Below the pieces are notes generated by a model that made no database searches, was not told where the DNA came from, and saw only the letters and a list, made by a program, of their open reading frames with translations. The position numbers and the translations under genes were made by a program. This document shows, piece after piece, positions 40,834 to 50,170 of a stretch of DNA of 64,000 nt. This stretch comes from an uncultured Chloroflexia bacterium (GTDB lineage Bacteria > Chloroflexota > Chloroflexia > Thermomicrobiales > UBA6265). The stretch spans positions 352,001-416,000 of the forward strand of contig CAVRUC010000013.1 in NCBI GenBank assembly GCA_963724295.1, read 5' to 3'. The number at the start of each line of letters is the position of its first letter. Position 1 is the first letter of the stretch.

Positions 40834-41814
40834 TCAGCCATCTCCTCGCACTCTCAATCGCCAGACCGGCGGCTGCCGGCCAGTAATCTCCTCGATGCGG
40901 CCGCGCGCCACCAGCTCCTGGAGATGGGCACGGATCGGGCCGCCCAACTCGTTGGCCATTGAGGTGAAGGGCCCGAGGACCGGGTTCAACGCAATCAGCA
41001 ATCCGGCGATCGTCACCTCGCGAGACCCTTCGCACGCCGCCTCGATTGCCGACCGCGCTCGCACGACAAAGGCCAGCGATTCCTCCAGGAAGCGGTCGAC
41101 CTGTGCTCCCTCCATGACGGCGTAGTGCGCGGTCAGCAGCCGCTCCGGCGCCAGCCGTTGCAGCCGGCGCACGGTAGCCTCGTACTCCTCGAGGAGCATG
41201 TAGGGCGGAGGATGGATCACTTCACCCTCGTTGTTGAGCAACCCGGCCCCGAGCGCGGCATCGGTGATGATCGCGCTCCTGGAGGCGGGATCCCAGAGTC
41301 CAATGTGCCCCGGCGAGTGGCCCGGCAGATGGAGGACCTCGACCGAGAGATGCGGGCCGAGGCGAAATACCTCGCCGCCAGCGAGGTGGAGGTCGACCGG
41401 CACATCCGGACCCAGCGCGTTTCGCAGCCAATCTTTCGTGTCGGCGTCGTAGTCCGCGTCCGGGCCGTGGGCCGCGTACCAACCGTAGCGCTCGCGCAGG
41501 ATCCGCTCCCGGTCGCTGATCCAGTTGCTATCCGCGACGTGGGCACAGACGATCGCCCGCGGCGCCGCGGCGCGTATCGCGGCGTTGCCGCCAAAGTGGT
41601 CGACGTCGGCGTGGGAGATCAGCACGTAGTCGAGGTCGGCCGGACCGAGCCCCAGCTCCCGGAAGGCGGGCAGGATCACCTCCTCCGGCGTCGACACGAT
41701 CCCGGTGTCGACCAGGAGCGATCGCTCCTCGCGCAGCAGATACTGCGCGAACGGGCGCGGCCCCAGGATGCTCTCGATGCGATAGATACCAGGGGCGACC
41801 TCTTGCGTCGTCAT
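40834..41814 (-). CDS. Metallo-beta-lactamase fold hydrolase
   Basis: SHADVDHFGG, PGHSPGH, TAH. Confidence 0.92.
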   Translation of the reverse strand: MTTQEVAPGIYRIESILGPRPFAQYLLREERSLLVDTGIVSTPEEVILPAFRELGLGPADLDYVLISHADVDHFGGNAAIRAAAPRAIVCAHVADSNWISDRERILRERYGWYAAHGPDADYDADTKDWLRNALGPDVPVDLHLAGGEVFRLGPHLSVEVLHLPGHSPGHIGLWDPASRSAIITDAALGAGLLNNEGEVIHPPPYMLLEEYEATVRRLQRLAPERLLTAHYAVMEGAQVDRFLEESLAFVVRARSAIEAACEGSREVTIAGLLIALNPVLGPFTSMANELGGPIRAHLQELVARGRIEEITGRQPPVWRLRVRGDG

Positions 41815-42208
41815 CGGCGGCCCCAATTCATCCCATCCGGCCCTGCATTCGTCCGGTGCACGGCGACTATCACGTCGATGATCGTGCCACACGTGCGGCT
41901 GGCCGTCGAGACGCCCTGCCATTGGTCCGATTTCGCCACAGGAACGCCATCCCATCCTGGGCCAGATAGTCATGCGCCTCGGCGAGCGGGCGCAGCCTCT
42001 TCATCAGTCGGTCAATCTGACAACAGACCGTGTACCGTTCGCCGTGCAATCGAAGCTCGGGCAGCAGACGACACCGGCAGGCGCTTCCCGCGCTCGCCAC
42101 TGCTCGTTGTGGCGCGGGTATCGGCCATCTCTCGGCATGACCGGGGGCAAGACCGCGGGTGAATCGAGGGCAGACAGGCAGATGACGGCAGGACGTAATG
42201 AGTCCAGC

Positions 42209-43129
42209 ATGGCCGGACCGCAACCGCGGATTCGCGTGCTGGTCAACCCGAACTCCGGCGAGAAAGCCGGCATCCCAACCAACACCACCGCGGAGGAGGA
42301 GGTGCGGATCGCCGTGGAACACCACTTCCCGGGGCTTGGTGAGGACATCGTCATCACCGAGTCGGAGGAAGAGGCGATCGCCGCCACCCGCGACGCGGTA
42401 GCCGACGGGTACGACGTCGTCATTGCCGCCGGTGGAGACGGCACCGTCGGCACCGTCGCCTGCGAGCTGCTTGGCAAAGAGACGGCGCTCGGGATCCTGC
42501 CGCTCGGCAGCGTCATGAACGTGGCGCGCATGCTCGACATCCCTCGTGATCTCGAAGGCGCCGCCGCAATCATCGCCACCGGCAAAGTGCGCACGATCGA
42601 CGTCGGGGAAGCAAAGGGGCAGATTTTCTTCGAGGGCGGGTCAGTGGGGCTGAACGCCGCGGTCTTCCGCGAGGCGCAGCAGGCCGACAGCGACAGCGGG
42701 CGCTACCGGGCGCTTTGGGCGGCCCTGTGGGTGCTTCTGCGCTACCGGCCGCCGCGCATGGTGCTCCATCTCGACGACCGGGTGCTCACCACGCGCGCGC
42801 TGGCGGTCGCGGTGGCGAACGGCCCGTACTCTGGACTGGGGTTTACCGTCGCGCCGGACGCGGCAACCGATGATGGCAAGTTCGACGTGGTCGTCTTCTC
42901 CCGCTTCTCACGAACGGAGCTGATCCGGCACTTCGCCTCCATCGCCTTCGGGCGTCGCCGCTACTCCGCGAAGATCGCCACCTATCGCACGTCGCGGGTC
43001 CGCATCGAGGGCGTGCATCCGTTGCCCTGCCGCGCGGATGGACACGATCTGGGGTCCACACCGGTGGAGTACGTGGTGCGCCCGGGGGCCCTGCGCGTCA
43101 TCGCGCCGGCGGGCGATCACGGGGACTGA
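42209..43129 (+). CDS. Diacylglycerol kinase family lipid kinase
   Basis: NPNSG, GGDGTV, LPLGSVMNVA. Confidence 0.92.
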   Translation: MAGPQPRIRVLVNPNSGEKAGIPTNTTAEEEVRIAVEHHFPGLGEDIVITESEEEAIAATRDAVADGYDVVIAAGGDGTVGTVACELLGKETALGILPLGSVMNVARMLDIPRDLEGAAAIIATGKVRTIDVGEAKGQIFFEGGSVGLNAAVFREAQQADSDSGRYRALWAALWVLLRYRPPRMVLHLDDRVLTTRALAVAVANGPYSGLGFTVAPDAATDDGKFDVVVFSRFSRTELIRHFASIAFGRRRYSAKIATYRTSRVRIEGVHPLPCRADGHDLGSTPVEYVVRPGALRVIAPAGDHGD

Positions 43130-43312
43130 ATGAGCCCGATGATGTTGCGGTCGCCCTCTTTCGCCGATGCGATCAGCTGCCGTCACCGACGTCGGACCGC
43201 CTGCTGCACCTCCGCGCCGGCGGCGAGGACAGCCGAGACGCTCGTTGCGTAGACGACCGCTCGACTCACGACGATTGGCTGTAGCGCGGTCGATGACGCG
43301 CCGACGTGTCGC

Positions 43313-43771
43313 TCAGGCCGCCCAGTCTCCCGCGACTTGCCTGGTCGCGGCGTTGAGGCGGTTCCAGACATTGATCAGCGCGATCTGGAAGATCAAGGCC
43401 GCACGCGCCGGCTCATCGTAGTGCCTCGCGACCTCGTCCCAGATCTCGTCGGGCACCGGGTCCGGCCGGTCGCAGAGCCGGGTGACGGCTTCGGTAAGCG
43501 ACAGCGCGGCGCGTTCGGCGTCGCTAAAGTAAGGAGCGTCCCGCCAGGCCGCCACGGCGAAGATGCGGGCGTCAGGCTCGCCTGCCTGCCTGAGCTCGCG
43601 AGCGTGCAGGTCGACGCAGACGCTGCAGCCATTGATCTGGCTCGCCCGCAGATGGACGAGTTTGCGCGTCACGTCGGGCACATCTTCGTTTGTCGTGGCT
43701 GAGTCCAGAGCGCGCAGGGCGCCCATGGCCTCAGGGAGGATCATCACCGGGTTCTTCATGCGTGCGTGCAT
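43313..43771 (-). CDS. Carboxymuconolactone decarboxylase / AhpD-like protein
   Basis: RASQINGCSVCVDLH, FSDAERAAL, INVWNRLN. Confidence 0.93.
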   Translation of the reverse strand: MHARMKNPVMILPEAMGALRALDSATTNEDVPDVTRKLVHLRASQINGCSVCVDLHARELRQAGEPDARIFAVAAWRDAPYFSDAERAALSLTEAVTRLCDRPDPVPDEIWDEVARHYDEPARAALIFQIALINVWNRLNAATRQVAGDWAA

Positions 43772-43817
43772 CCTTGCTCTCCTTCAGGGAACCGAACGTG
43801 TCGTTCCGAACCCCGGA

Positions 43818-43844
43818 TGTCACATCGGCCGGGTTTCGTTCGTC
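43818..43844 (+). promoter_or_regulatory. ECF41-type promoter facing the sigma gene
   Basis: TGTCACA(43818-43824)-N16-CGTC(43841-43844), exact ECF41 consensus. Confidence 0.8.
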
Positions 43845-43852
43845 ACTGCTAT

Positions 43853-43879
43853 GACGAAACGCGGCGGAGGAATGTGACC
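43853..43879 (-). promoter_or_regulatory. ECF41-type promoter facing the CMD/AhpD gene
   Basis: Minus strand GGTCACA-N16-CGTC. Confidence 0.8.
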
Positions 43880-43880
43880 G

Positions 43881-44853
43881 ATGGACGAACCCGACGGCCT
43901 GGCTGAGCAGTTCGAGGCCAACCGGTCCCACCTCAGGGCCGTCGCCTACCGGATGCTCGGCTCGCTGAGCGAGGCCGATGACGCCGTCCAGGAATCCTGG
44001 CTTCGCCTCAGCCGCTCCGGCGCAAGTGGAGTCGAGAATCTGGGGGGATGGCTGACGACGGTCGTCGCCCGGGTGTGCCTCGATATGTTGCGCTCGCGCA
44101 AGTCGCGGCACGAGGAGCCCCTGGAGGCGCGAATACCCGACCCGATTGCCAGTCGCGAGGCCGGGACTGATCCCGAGCACGAAGCGCTGCTGGCCGACTC
44201 GGTCGGTCTCGCCCTGCTGGTGGTCCTCGAAACGCTGGCTCCGGCCGAGCGGCTCGCGTTCGTGCTGCACGACGTGTTCGCCGTGCCCTTTGAAGAGATC
44301 GCTCCGATTGTTGAACGGACCCCGACGGCGACGCGACAGCTGGCCAGCCGCGCCCGCCGCCGGGTGCATGGAGTGGAGATGCGGGAGGGAGCGGTCGCAG
44401 GGTTCCGACACCGATCTCACCCGGCAGCGAGAAGTCGTCGACGCCTTTCTTGCTGCCGCGCGCGGAGGTGACTTCGACGCCCTTCTCGCGGTGCTCGACC
44501 CGGAGGTGGTGCTGCGCAGCGACCGCGGCGCCATCCCCTCGGGTGCATCGAGAGAAATCCGCGGCGCGGCGGCCGTGGCCCGCAGGGCGCGGGTGGGCGG
44601 CGCCCGGGCCGCACAACCAGCGCTCGTGAATGGATCCGTGGGAGTCATCGTTGCCCCCCGTGGACGGCTCCTGATGGTCCTCGTCTTCACGATCCGTGGC
44701 GGGAAGATCGTCGAGATCGATGCGGTCGCTCACCCCGAGCGCCTTCGCCAGCTTGATTTGGCGGTCCTCGACGACGAACCAGGAGACGTTTCCAGCCCGG
44801 GTCGGCTGCGGCGGATCGGCTCGCTCAGGGAAAGCCCCGGCGACGGGCGATAA
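43881..44853 (+). CDS. ECF sigma factor with C-terminal SnoaL-like domain (ECF41/SigJ-like; frameshift ~44400)
   Basis: AYRMLGSLSEADDAVQE, RQLASRARRRV, then VVDAFLAAARGGDFDALLAVLDPEVV in the other frame. Confidence 0.9.
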
Positions 44854-44957
44854 TGGATGTTTCAGGTCGCCGGCGGATGCCGGCGATGAAGCGCGTCAAC
44901 CCGTGGTTGACACGGCACCGCCTGTTCATGGTGTCCGCGCAGGCGAAAGGAACACTC

Positions 44958-45587
44958 GTGGGACGGATTTACGACGTCATCGACAACGCAACCCGGCAGT
45001 GGCTGACCAGGCAACCGATGTTTTTCGTGGCCACCGCGCCGAACGATCCCGACGGTCACGTCAATCTCTCGCCCAAAGGCGCGGCCGGCGCCTTCCACGT
45101 GCTGGGGCCGACCACGGTTGCCTACGCCGATTTCGTGGGCAGCGGGGTGGAAACGGTCGCCCATCTGCGGGAGAACGGTCGCATCGTGCTCATGTTCTGC
45201 GCGTTTAGCGGACCACCGAAGATCGTCCGTCTGCATGGGCACGGACGAGTGGTGCCCGAGCACGACCCCGAGTTCGCGGCGCTCCTGCCGGAGTTCTCCC
45301 TGGATGACGACGCCCGGGTGCTGACGCGAGGGATCGTCGTCGTAGAGACGACACGCATCGCCGACTCCTGCGGATTCGTGGTGCCGCGGATGGATCTCGT
45401 CGCCGAGCGCGACCAGCTGATGCGCTGGGGCGAGCAGCAGCACGCGAAGAATGGAGAGACCTGGAAAGAGCGCTACGTCGCCACCAACAACGCCCGCAGT
45501 ATCGACAGCCTGCCGGGGTACGACCCGATGGAAGAGCTCGGCGCCGACGAGGCCAGGGCCATCTCGAGCCGCGGGCGAGCGCTGTAG
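44958..45587 (+). CDS. Pyridoxamine 5'-phosphate oxidase family protein
   Basis: FFVATAP, VNLSPKG, GSGVETVAHLRENGRI, SCGFVVP. Confidence 0.9.
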   Translation: MGRIYDVIDNATRQWLTRQPMFFVATAPNDPDGHVNLSPKGAAGAFHVLGPTTVAYADFVGSGVETVAHLRENGRIVLMFCAFSGPPKIVRLHGHGRVVPEHDPEFAALLPEFSLDDDARVLTRGIVVVETTRIADSCGFVVPRMDLVAERDQLMRWGEQQHAKNGETWKERYVATNNARSIDSLPGYDPMEELGADEARAISSRGRAL

Positions 45588-45599
45588 CTTGACGAATAG

Positions 45600-45780
45600 C
45601 CCTCATCCCCGGCACTTCTCCTAAAACCCCTCATCCCCGACCCTTCTCCCGCTCCGAGGGGAGAAGGGAGCACGACCTGTGCGGAGGTCAAGTGCCCCTC
45701 TCCCAGCGCACTGGGAGAGGGGATGGGGTGAGGGTTTTAGAGGGGTTTGGGGTGAGGGAGTCTTGAGCGGGGTTGGACTG
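45600..45780. repeat. REP-like palindromic element, copy 2
   Basis: CCCCTCATCCCCGACCCTTCTCCC...GGGAGAAGGGAG...CCCCTCTCCCAGCGCACTGGGAGAGGGG...GGGGTGAGGGAGTCTTGAG, matching 27132-27330. Confidence 0.85.
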
Positions 45781-45807
45781 AGGGCCGTTCAGGGCCAAGG
45801 GCAAGAA

Positions 45808-46461
45808 TCAGGAGCTGTCTCTTACGCCCACAGCTTCCGGCTCGCCGGTCGCCGTCGCCGCCGGCTCTGACTCCAGGACCTCGTCGATGAGTCCGTACTC
45901 TTTCGCTTCTAGTGCGCTCATGTAGTAGTCGCGGTCGCTGTCCCGCTTGACCTTCTCGTACGGCTGCCCCGAGTGCGCCGCCAGGATGGCGATGCACTTG
46001 GCGGACAGCGTGAGCGCCTCGCGAGCGGCGACCTCGATGTCAGGCACCGCGCCGCTGAACCCACCGGAGCCTTGATGGATCAGGACGCGAGCGTTGGGCA
46101 GGGCAAAGCGCTTCCCTTTCGTCCCTCCGGCCAGCAGCACCGCGCCCATGCTGGCGCCGAAACCCATGCAAAACGTGGCGATGTCCGGCTTGATCATCTG
46201 CATCGTGTCGTAGATGGCGAGACCCGAATAGATAACACCGCCAGGTGAGTTGATGTAGAGCTTGATGTCCTGATCCGGATCCTCATGCGCCAGAAACAGC
46301 ATCTGAGCGATGATCACGTTGGCTACGTCATCATTGACCGGGGTGCCAAGAAAGATGATGCGGTCCTTCAGCAGCCGCGAGTAGATGTCGAAGGCTCGCT
46401 CACCGCGATTTGTGCTTTCGATGACGGTGGGGATGAGATTCTCGACGGTCGGGATGCGCAT
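45808..46461 (-). CDS. clpP: ATP-dependent Clp protease proteolytic subunit
   Basis: [25 protein letters not shown] (Ser), IHQ (His), DRD (Asp). Confidence 0.96.
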   Translation of the reverse strand: MRIPTVENLIPTVIESTNRGERAFDIYSRLLKDRIIFLGTPVNDDVANVIIAQMLFLAHEDPDQDIKLYINSPGGVIYSGLAIYDTMQMIKPDIATFCMGFGASMGAVLLAGGTKGKRFALPNARVLIHQGSGGFSGAVPDIEVAAREALTLSAKCIAILAAHSGQPYEKVKRDSDRDYYMSALEAKEYGLIDEVLESEPAATATGEPEAVGVRDSS

Positions 46462-46611
46462 GGATGCGATAACTCCACTCCAGGAAAGATCGGGCACGAA
46501 CCGCAGGGTGTCGCCGCTGACATACGGGGAAGGGAGTCTAGCAGACCGCCCCACTCAGACCGGCATGGACTCCGCGACCCAACCAGGATCGGGAGCACTA
46601 GGGAGGAAGTC

Positions 46612-47037
46612 ATGGACCCGTGGATCAGTCTGATGACGCTCGGCGTGCGTGACATCGAGCGCTCGCGCCGCTTCTACCGGGACGGACTGGGCTGGCCGAT
46701 GTCAGCGGCGAGCTCGGACGACGTGGCCTTCTTCCGCACCGGAGGCGTGGTGCTGGCCCTCTACAAACGGGATTTGCTCGCCGCCGACGCTAATCTTTCG
46801 TCGGAAGGATCCGGCTTCTCCGGGATCGGCCTGGCGCACAACGTCGCCACGCGGGAGCTGGTCGATGCCGCGCTGGAAGCGGCAGTCGCTGCCGGAGGGA
46901 CGTTGCTCAAACCCGGAACCGCGGTGGAGTGGGGTGGCTACACCGGGTACTTCGCCGACCCCGACGGGTTTCTGTGGGAGATCGCCTGGAACCCGGATTT
47001 CCCGTTGCGAGAGGATGGCTCAATCGACCTGCCATAG
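46612..47037 (+). CDS. VOC/glyoxalase family protein
   Basis: TLGVRDIERSRRFY...WGGYTGYFADPDGFLWEIAWNP. Confidence 0.93.
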   Translation: MDPWISLMTLGVRDIERSRRFYRDGLGWPMSAASSDDVAFFRTGGVVLALYKRDLLAADANLSSEGSGFSGIGLAHNVATRELVDAALEAAVAAGGTLLKPGTAVEWGGYTGYFADPDGFLWEIAWNPDFPLREDGSIDLP

Positions 47038-47129
47038 CCCGTTTCAGCCAGTAGCCTGGACCAACGCCGGCCCCGTCCCCACAAATTACTTACCGACTCA
47101 CCGACTGGCCGACTTCGTAAGAACCCTGC

Positions 47130-47311
47130 ACAACCGAAGGGCGAGAGTCTCTCATCCCGCCCTTCGTCGCAATCGTGCCTTTCCTTTGTCAGAGGAGAAG
47201 GTCACACCCTCTGATTGGAGGGCTCACATCCGTTTTGCGAAGTATTGAGCCTGAGTGCGACGGGTGGGCCTCCTTTCGCTACGATCGGAAAAGAGGGAAG
47301 GGGTACCCCAC
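47130..47311 (-). ncRNA. Candidate ~180-nt structured small RNA
   Basis: Upstream TAGACA-N17-TAGAAT promoter; several helices; terminal hairpin 47135-47166; no credible ORF. Confidence 0.55.
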
Positions 47312-47315
47312 CAGG

Positions 47316-47344
47316 ATTCTACGCCTCGAGGCAAAGGTTGTCTA
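47316..47344 (-). promoter_or_regulatory. Sigma70-type promoter
   Basis: -35 TAGACA (47344-47339), 17-nt spacer, -10 TAGAAT (47321-47316). Confidence 0.7.
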
Positions 47345-47359
47345 GGGGTCCGCGAAACG

Positions 47360-47647
47360 TCAGCGGCTGAAGTGGATGAAGGCCTCGCCCTCGGTGATTT
47401 CCGGCGCTTCCATCGCTGGACCAGAGAGATTTTGCCTCACCCACTCGGCCGCGCGGCGGCTCGACTCCTGGGTCCCGGCCTGGTCGTCGCAGACCGTGAC
47501 CGTGGCGAGCTGGTCGCCGGCGCGGATGGCGTAGTAGGCCACGAATCCGGGGACATCGCGCAGGAGCTGCTCGACATCCTGAGACCGCTGGGCCAGGAGA
47601 TCGTTGAGGGCGGACGCTCCTCTATACCGGCGGACTACCGCGTGCAT
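47360..47647 (-). CDS. Small dimeric alpha/beta-barrel (ABM-like) hypothetical protein
   Basis: RBS GGAGGTG; MHAVVRRY...VPGFVAYY...ESSRRAAEWV...PEITEGE. Confidence 0.75.
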   Translation of the reverse strand: MHAVVRRYRGASALNDLLAQRSQDVEQLLRDVPGFVAYYAIRAGDQLATVTVCDDQAGTQESSRRAAEWVRQNLSGPAMEAPEITEGEAFIHFSR

Positions 47648-47885
47648 GACCCATCACCTCCTTGGGGCAATTGACCCCCGGTCGTCGCTTGCCTGGCGGG
47701 CGATTCCTGAGGAGAAGCGCATCCAGGCCGGACAGGCCCCAGCCGGGCTCGCCAGTCGCATCCCCCGCCGTGACGATCCGGGAGACCGCGGCGAAGCTCA
47801 TCGTTGCTGAGGTGTGCTCAGTCTATGCCGGACACTGCCGGAGTCAAGTCGCAACGACTGCGCTGCGGCTCTCGCCCATAGCGGC

Positions 47886-49271
47886 TCACCGGTTGAAGAC
47901 GCGTGCCGCCAGGGATGGCTTCTCCGGGTAGACCCCGGTGCGCTCGACCTGCTCGATCTCCTTGTACCGGGAGCGGCGCACCAGGTTGACCCCGATCGAG
48001 CGCAAAGGCTCCGGCTCCCATGGCACCGGTTGGTGCGAGGCCATCGGCAGGCGGGTCAGGTCGGAGTCGGTTCCCGTCAGCAGGTCGGTCAGCACGCGGC
48101 CGCTCAGGTTCGCGGTGGCCACACCCTCGCCGCTGTAGCCAAACGCCAGCGCGACACCGGTGCGCGGGTTGAACCCCATCGTCGGCATGCGGTCGCGCGG
48201 AACGCCGAGCACGCCTCCCCAGGCATGGGTGAAGTCCACCTGCTGCAGCATCGGGAACCAGACCCGTGCCGCCTGCCGGGCGTGGCTGAAGACGTCCTCC
48301 ATGCGGTCGAGGTCATCGCTGATGTGGGAGCCGAAGGGATAGCGGGCGCGGTAGGCCCCGAAGGCAATGCGCCCGTCGGCGGTGTGGTTGAGGTAGCCGG
48401 CGGTCGAGCCGAACCCGACTGCCACGTCCCGGTGCTGCCAACCGATCTGCTCCCAGAGCTCCGCCGGCAGCGGCTCGGTGATCACGATGTGCGAGGTCAT
48501 CGGGATGACGTGGCGGCGCAGCTTCGGCAGCCGGGACAGGTAGGCCTCGCCGGCGAGGACGATGGCCCGCCGCGCCCGCACCTCGCCGCGGTCGGTCATC
48601 AGCCGCGGCGGCGAGCCACCGGCGTAGTCGGTGACCGTCGTCTGCTCGACGATGCGCCCGCCGTGGCGCTCGACCGCGCGGGCCAGCCCGCGGGCCAGAC
48701 GTGCCGGCTGAATCGCGGCGCCCTCCCGCATCCAGAAGGCACCGACCGCGTTCGCGACCCGCATCCGCTCCGCGGTCTGCTCGGCATCGAGGAGCGCAAC
48801 ATGCTTCTCGAGTCCAATCGAGCGGTACTCCTCCCACATCTCTTCGATCTTGGGCAGGTCATAGTCGGCGCGAGCGATGACCAGTGCGCCACCGTGTGCG
48901 TAATGGGCGTCGATCCCTTCAGCCTGGCAGACCTGGCCGATGTCGTTGACCGAGTCGATCATCGCCAGCGCGACCGCCCGCGAGGCCTCCCGGCCGTACC
49001 GTTTGGTCATCACCGCCGGGCTGACCGGAAAGTCGGCCGCGCACCAGCCGCCGTTGCGCCCCGACGCGCCGAAGCCGGCGATCTCCCGCTCCACCACCAG
49101 CACGCTCAACGAGGGATCCCGCCGCAGCAGGCAATAGGCTGTCCAGAGCCCGGTGAACCCCGCGCCGAGAATGGCGACGTCGACCTCGGTCGAGCCATCC
49201 AGCGCCGGCCGTGGCGTGAGATCGTCGCCGGAGTTCTCGAGCCAGAAACTGTACGAGCCGTAATCCTTCAC
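47886..49271 (-). CDS. FAD-dependent oxidoreductase (DAO/PuuB-like)
   Basis: ILGAGFTGLW, GASGRNGG, GYSGEGV. Confidence 0.92.
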   Translation of the reverse strand: MKDYGSYSFWLENSGDDLTPRPALDGSTEVDVAILGAGFTGLWTAYCLLRRDPSLSVLVVEREIAGFGASGRNGGWCAADFPVSPAVMTKRYGREASRAVALAMIDSVNDIGQVCQAEGIDAHYAHGGALVIARADYDLPKIEEMWEEYRSIGLEKHVALLDAEQTAERMRVANAVGAFWMREGAAIQPARLARGLARAVERHGGRIVEQTTVTDYAGGSPPRLMTDRGEVRARRAIVLAGEAYLSRLPKLRRHVIPMTSHIVITEPLPAELWEQIGWQHRDVAVGFGSTAGYLNHTADGRIAFGAYRARYPFGSHISDDLDRMEDVFSHARQAARVWFPMLQQVDFTHAWGGVLGVPRDRMPTMGFNPRTGVALAFGYSGEGVATANLSGRVLTDLLTGTDSDLTRLPMASHQPVPWEPEPLRSIGVNLVRRSRYKEIEQVERTGVYPEKPSLAARVFNR

Positions 49272-49422
49272 ATGCGTGTCCTCATCCCAGAGTCGCCCTC
49301 ACCCCCATCGCCGCTCAGAGAGTACCCGGCCGAGCGCAAAAGGAGACAAGCTCACCTCGACCTCTGCCTTCGCCCCTAAGCCCAAGCTGGCCTCCACCGT
49401 CGCTCGCGCGAAGGGGCGCGCT

Positions 49423-49947
49423 CTATGGGCGTCGAGCGCCCGACGAAAGCTCCCTGCCAAGGTTCCCCCCGGACGCGTCGCTGCCGCGCCAGAGCCACCA
49501 GCCGGCGGCGATCATCGCCGCACCCCAGAGCAGGAACGCGAGATCCCACCAGAGCCATTGCTCTCGGGGGGCGGTCTCGTTGACATGGTGAATCCCGAGA
49601 AGTAGATGGTCGACGACCCCCTCCACGACATTGAAGAGACCCCAGCCGAGAAGCGCTAACCCGATGAGCTGGCGGGCAGTCCCTCGCTCCCCGGCGCGGA
49701 GCGCGCGCCAGAGCAGGGCCACTCCCAGAACAGTGAAGATGTAGGTCACCGCGTGGAAGAGCCCGTCCGCGAGCGTGTTGGTTCGCAACCCGGGCACCGT
49801 CTCTGGTGAGAAGAATTCGACATTGCTCACCATGTGATGCCACTGCAGCAGTTGGTGCAGCACGATGCCGTCGAAGAATCCGCCCAGGCCGAGTCCGAGG
49901 AGCACGCCGGCGTTGCGCAGTTGGGTCTGTTCGCCGGGTCGAGCCAT
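49423..49947 (-). CDS. DUF2243 family membrane protein
   Basis: GFFDGIVLHQLLQWHHM, DGLFH, EGVVDHLLLGIHHV. Confidence 0.9.
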   Translation of the reverse strand: MARPGEQTQLRNAGVLLGLGLGGFFDGIVLHQLLQWHHMVSNVEFFSPETVPGLRTNTLADGLFHAVTYIFTVLGVALLWRALRAGERGTARQLIGLALLGWGLFNVVEGVVDHLLLGIHHVNETAPREQWLWWDLAFLLWGAAMIAAGWWLWRGSDASGGNLGRELSSGARRP

Positions 49948-50136
49948 CCTGCCTCCCGAAACACGTGCCAACGTCGTCTTTCGGTTGTCCTTGCAGCCGC
50001 TTGCACGGCTCGTGCCCGCGACGGCACGGCCGGCCATGACGTCCGAATGTCAGCGCGGAAACTCTCCGGCCAGATTCCAGCGCAAGCGTCCGGCGGCGTC
50101 GCCTGGCATGCTTCGAAGGTTGCTCGCCTCACCCTA

Positions 50137-50164
50137 TTGACATCCAGACACAATCGGATAGAGT
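50137..50164 (+). promoter_or_regulatory. Sigma70-type promoter of the large ncRNA candidate
   Basis: TTGACA (50137-50142), 16-nt spacer, TAGAGT (50159-50164). Confidence 0.65.
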
Positions 50165-50170
50165 GTACGT

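Noticed and set aside
41990..42040. GntR-like operator (GGTCAATCTGACAACAGACC) upstream of the MBL operon
   Set aside because: Only a weak palindrome, and no such regulator in the window
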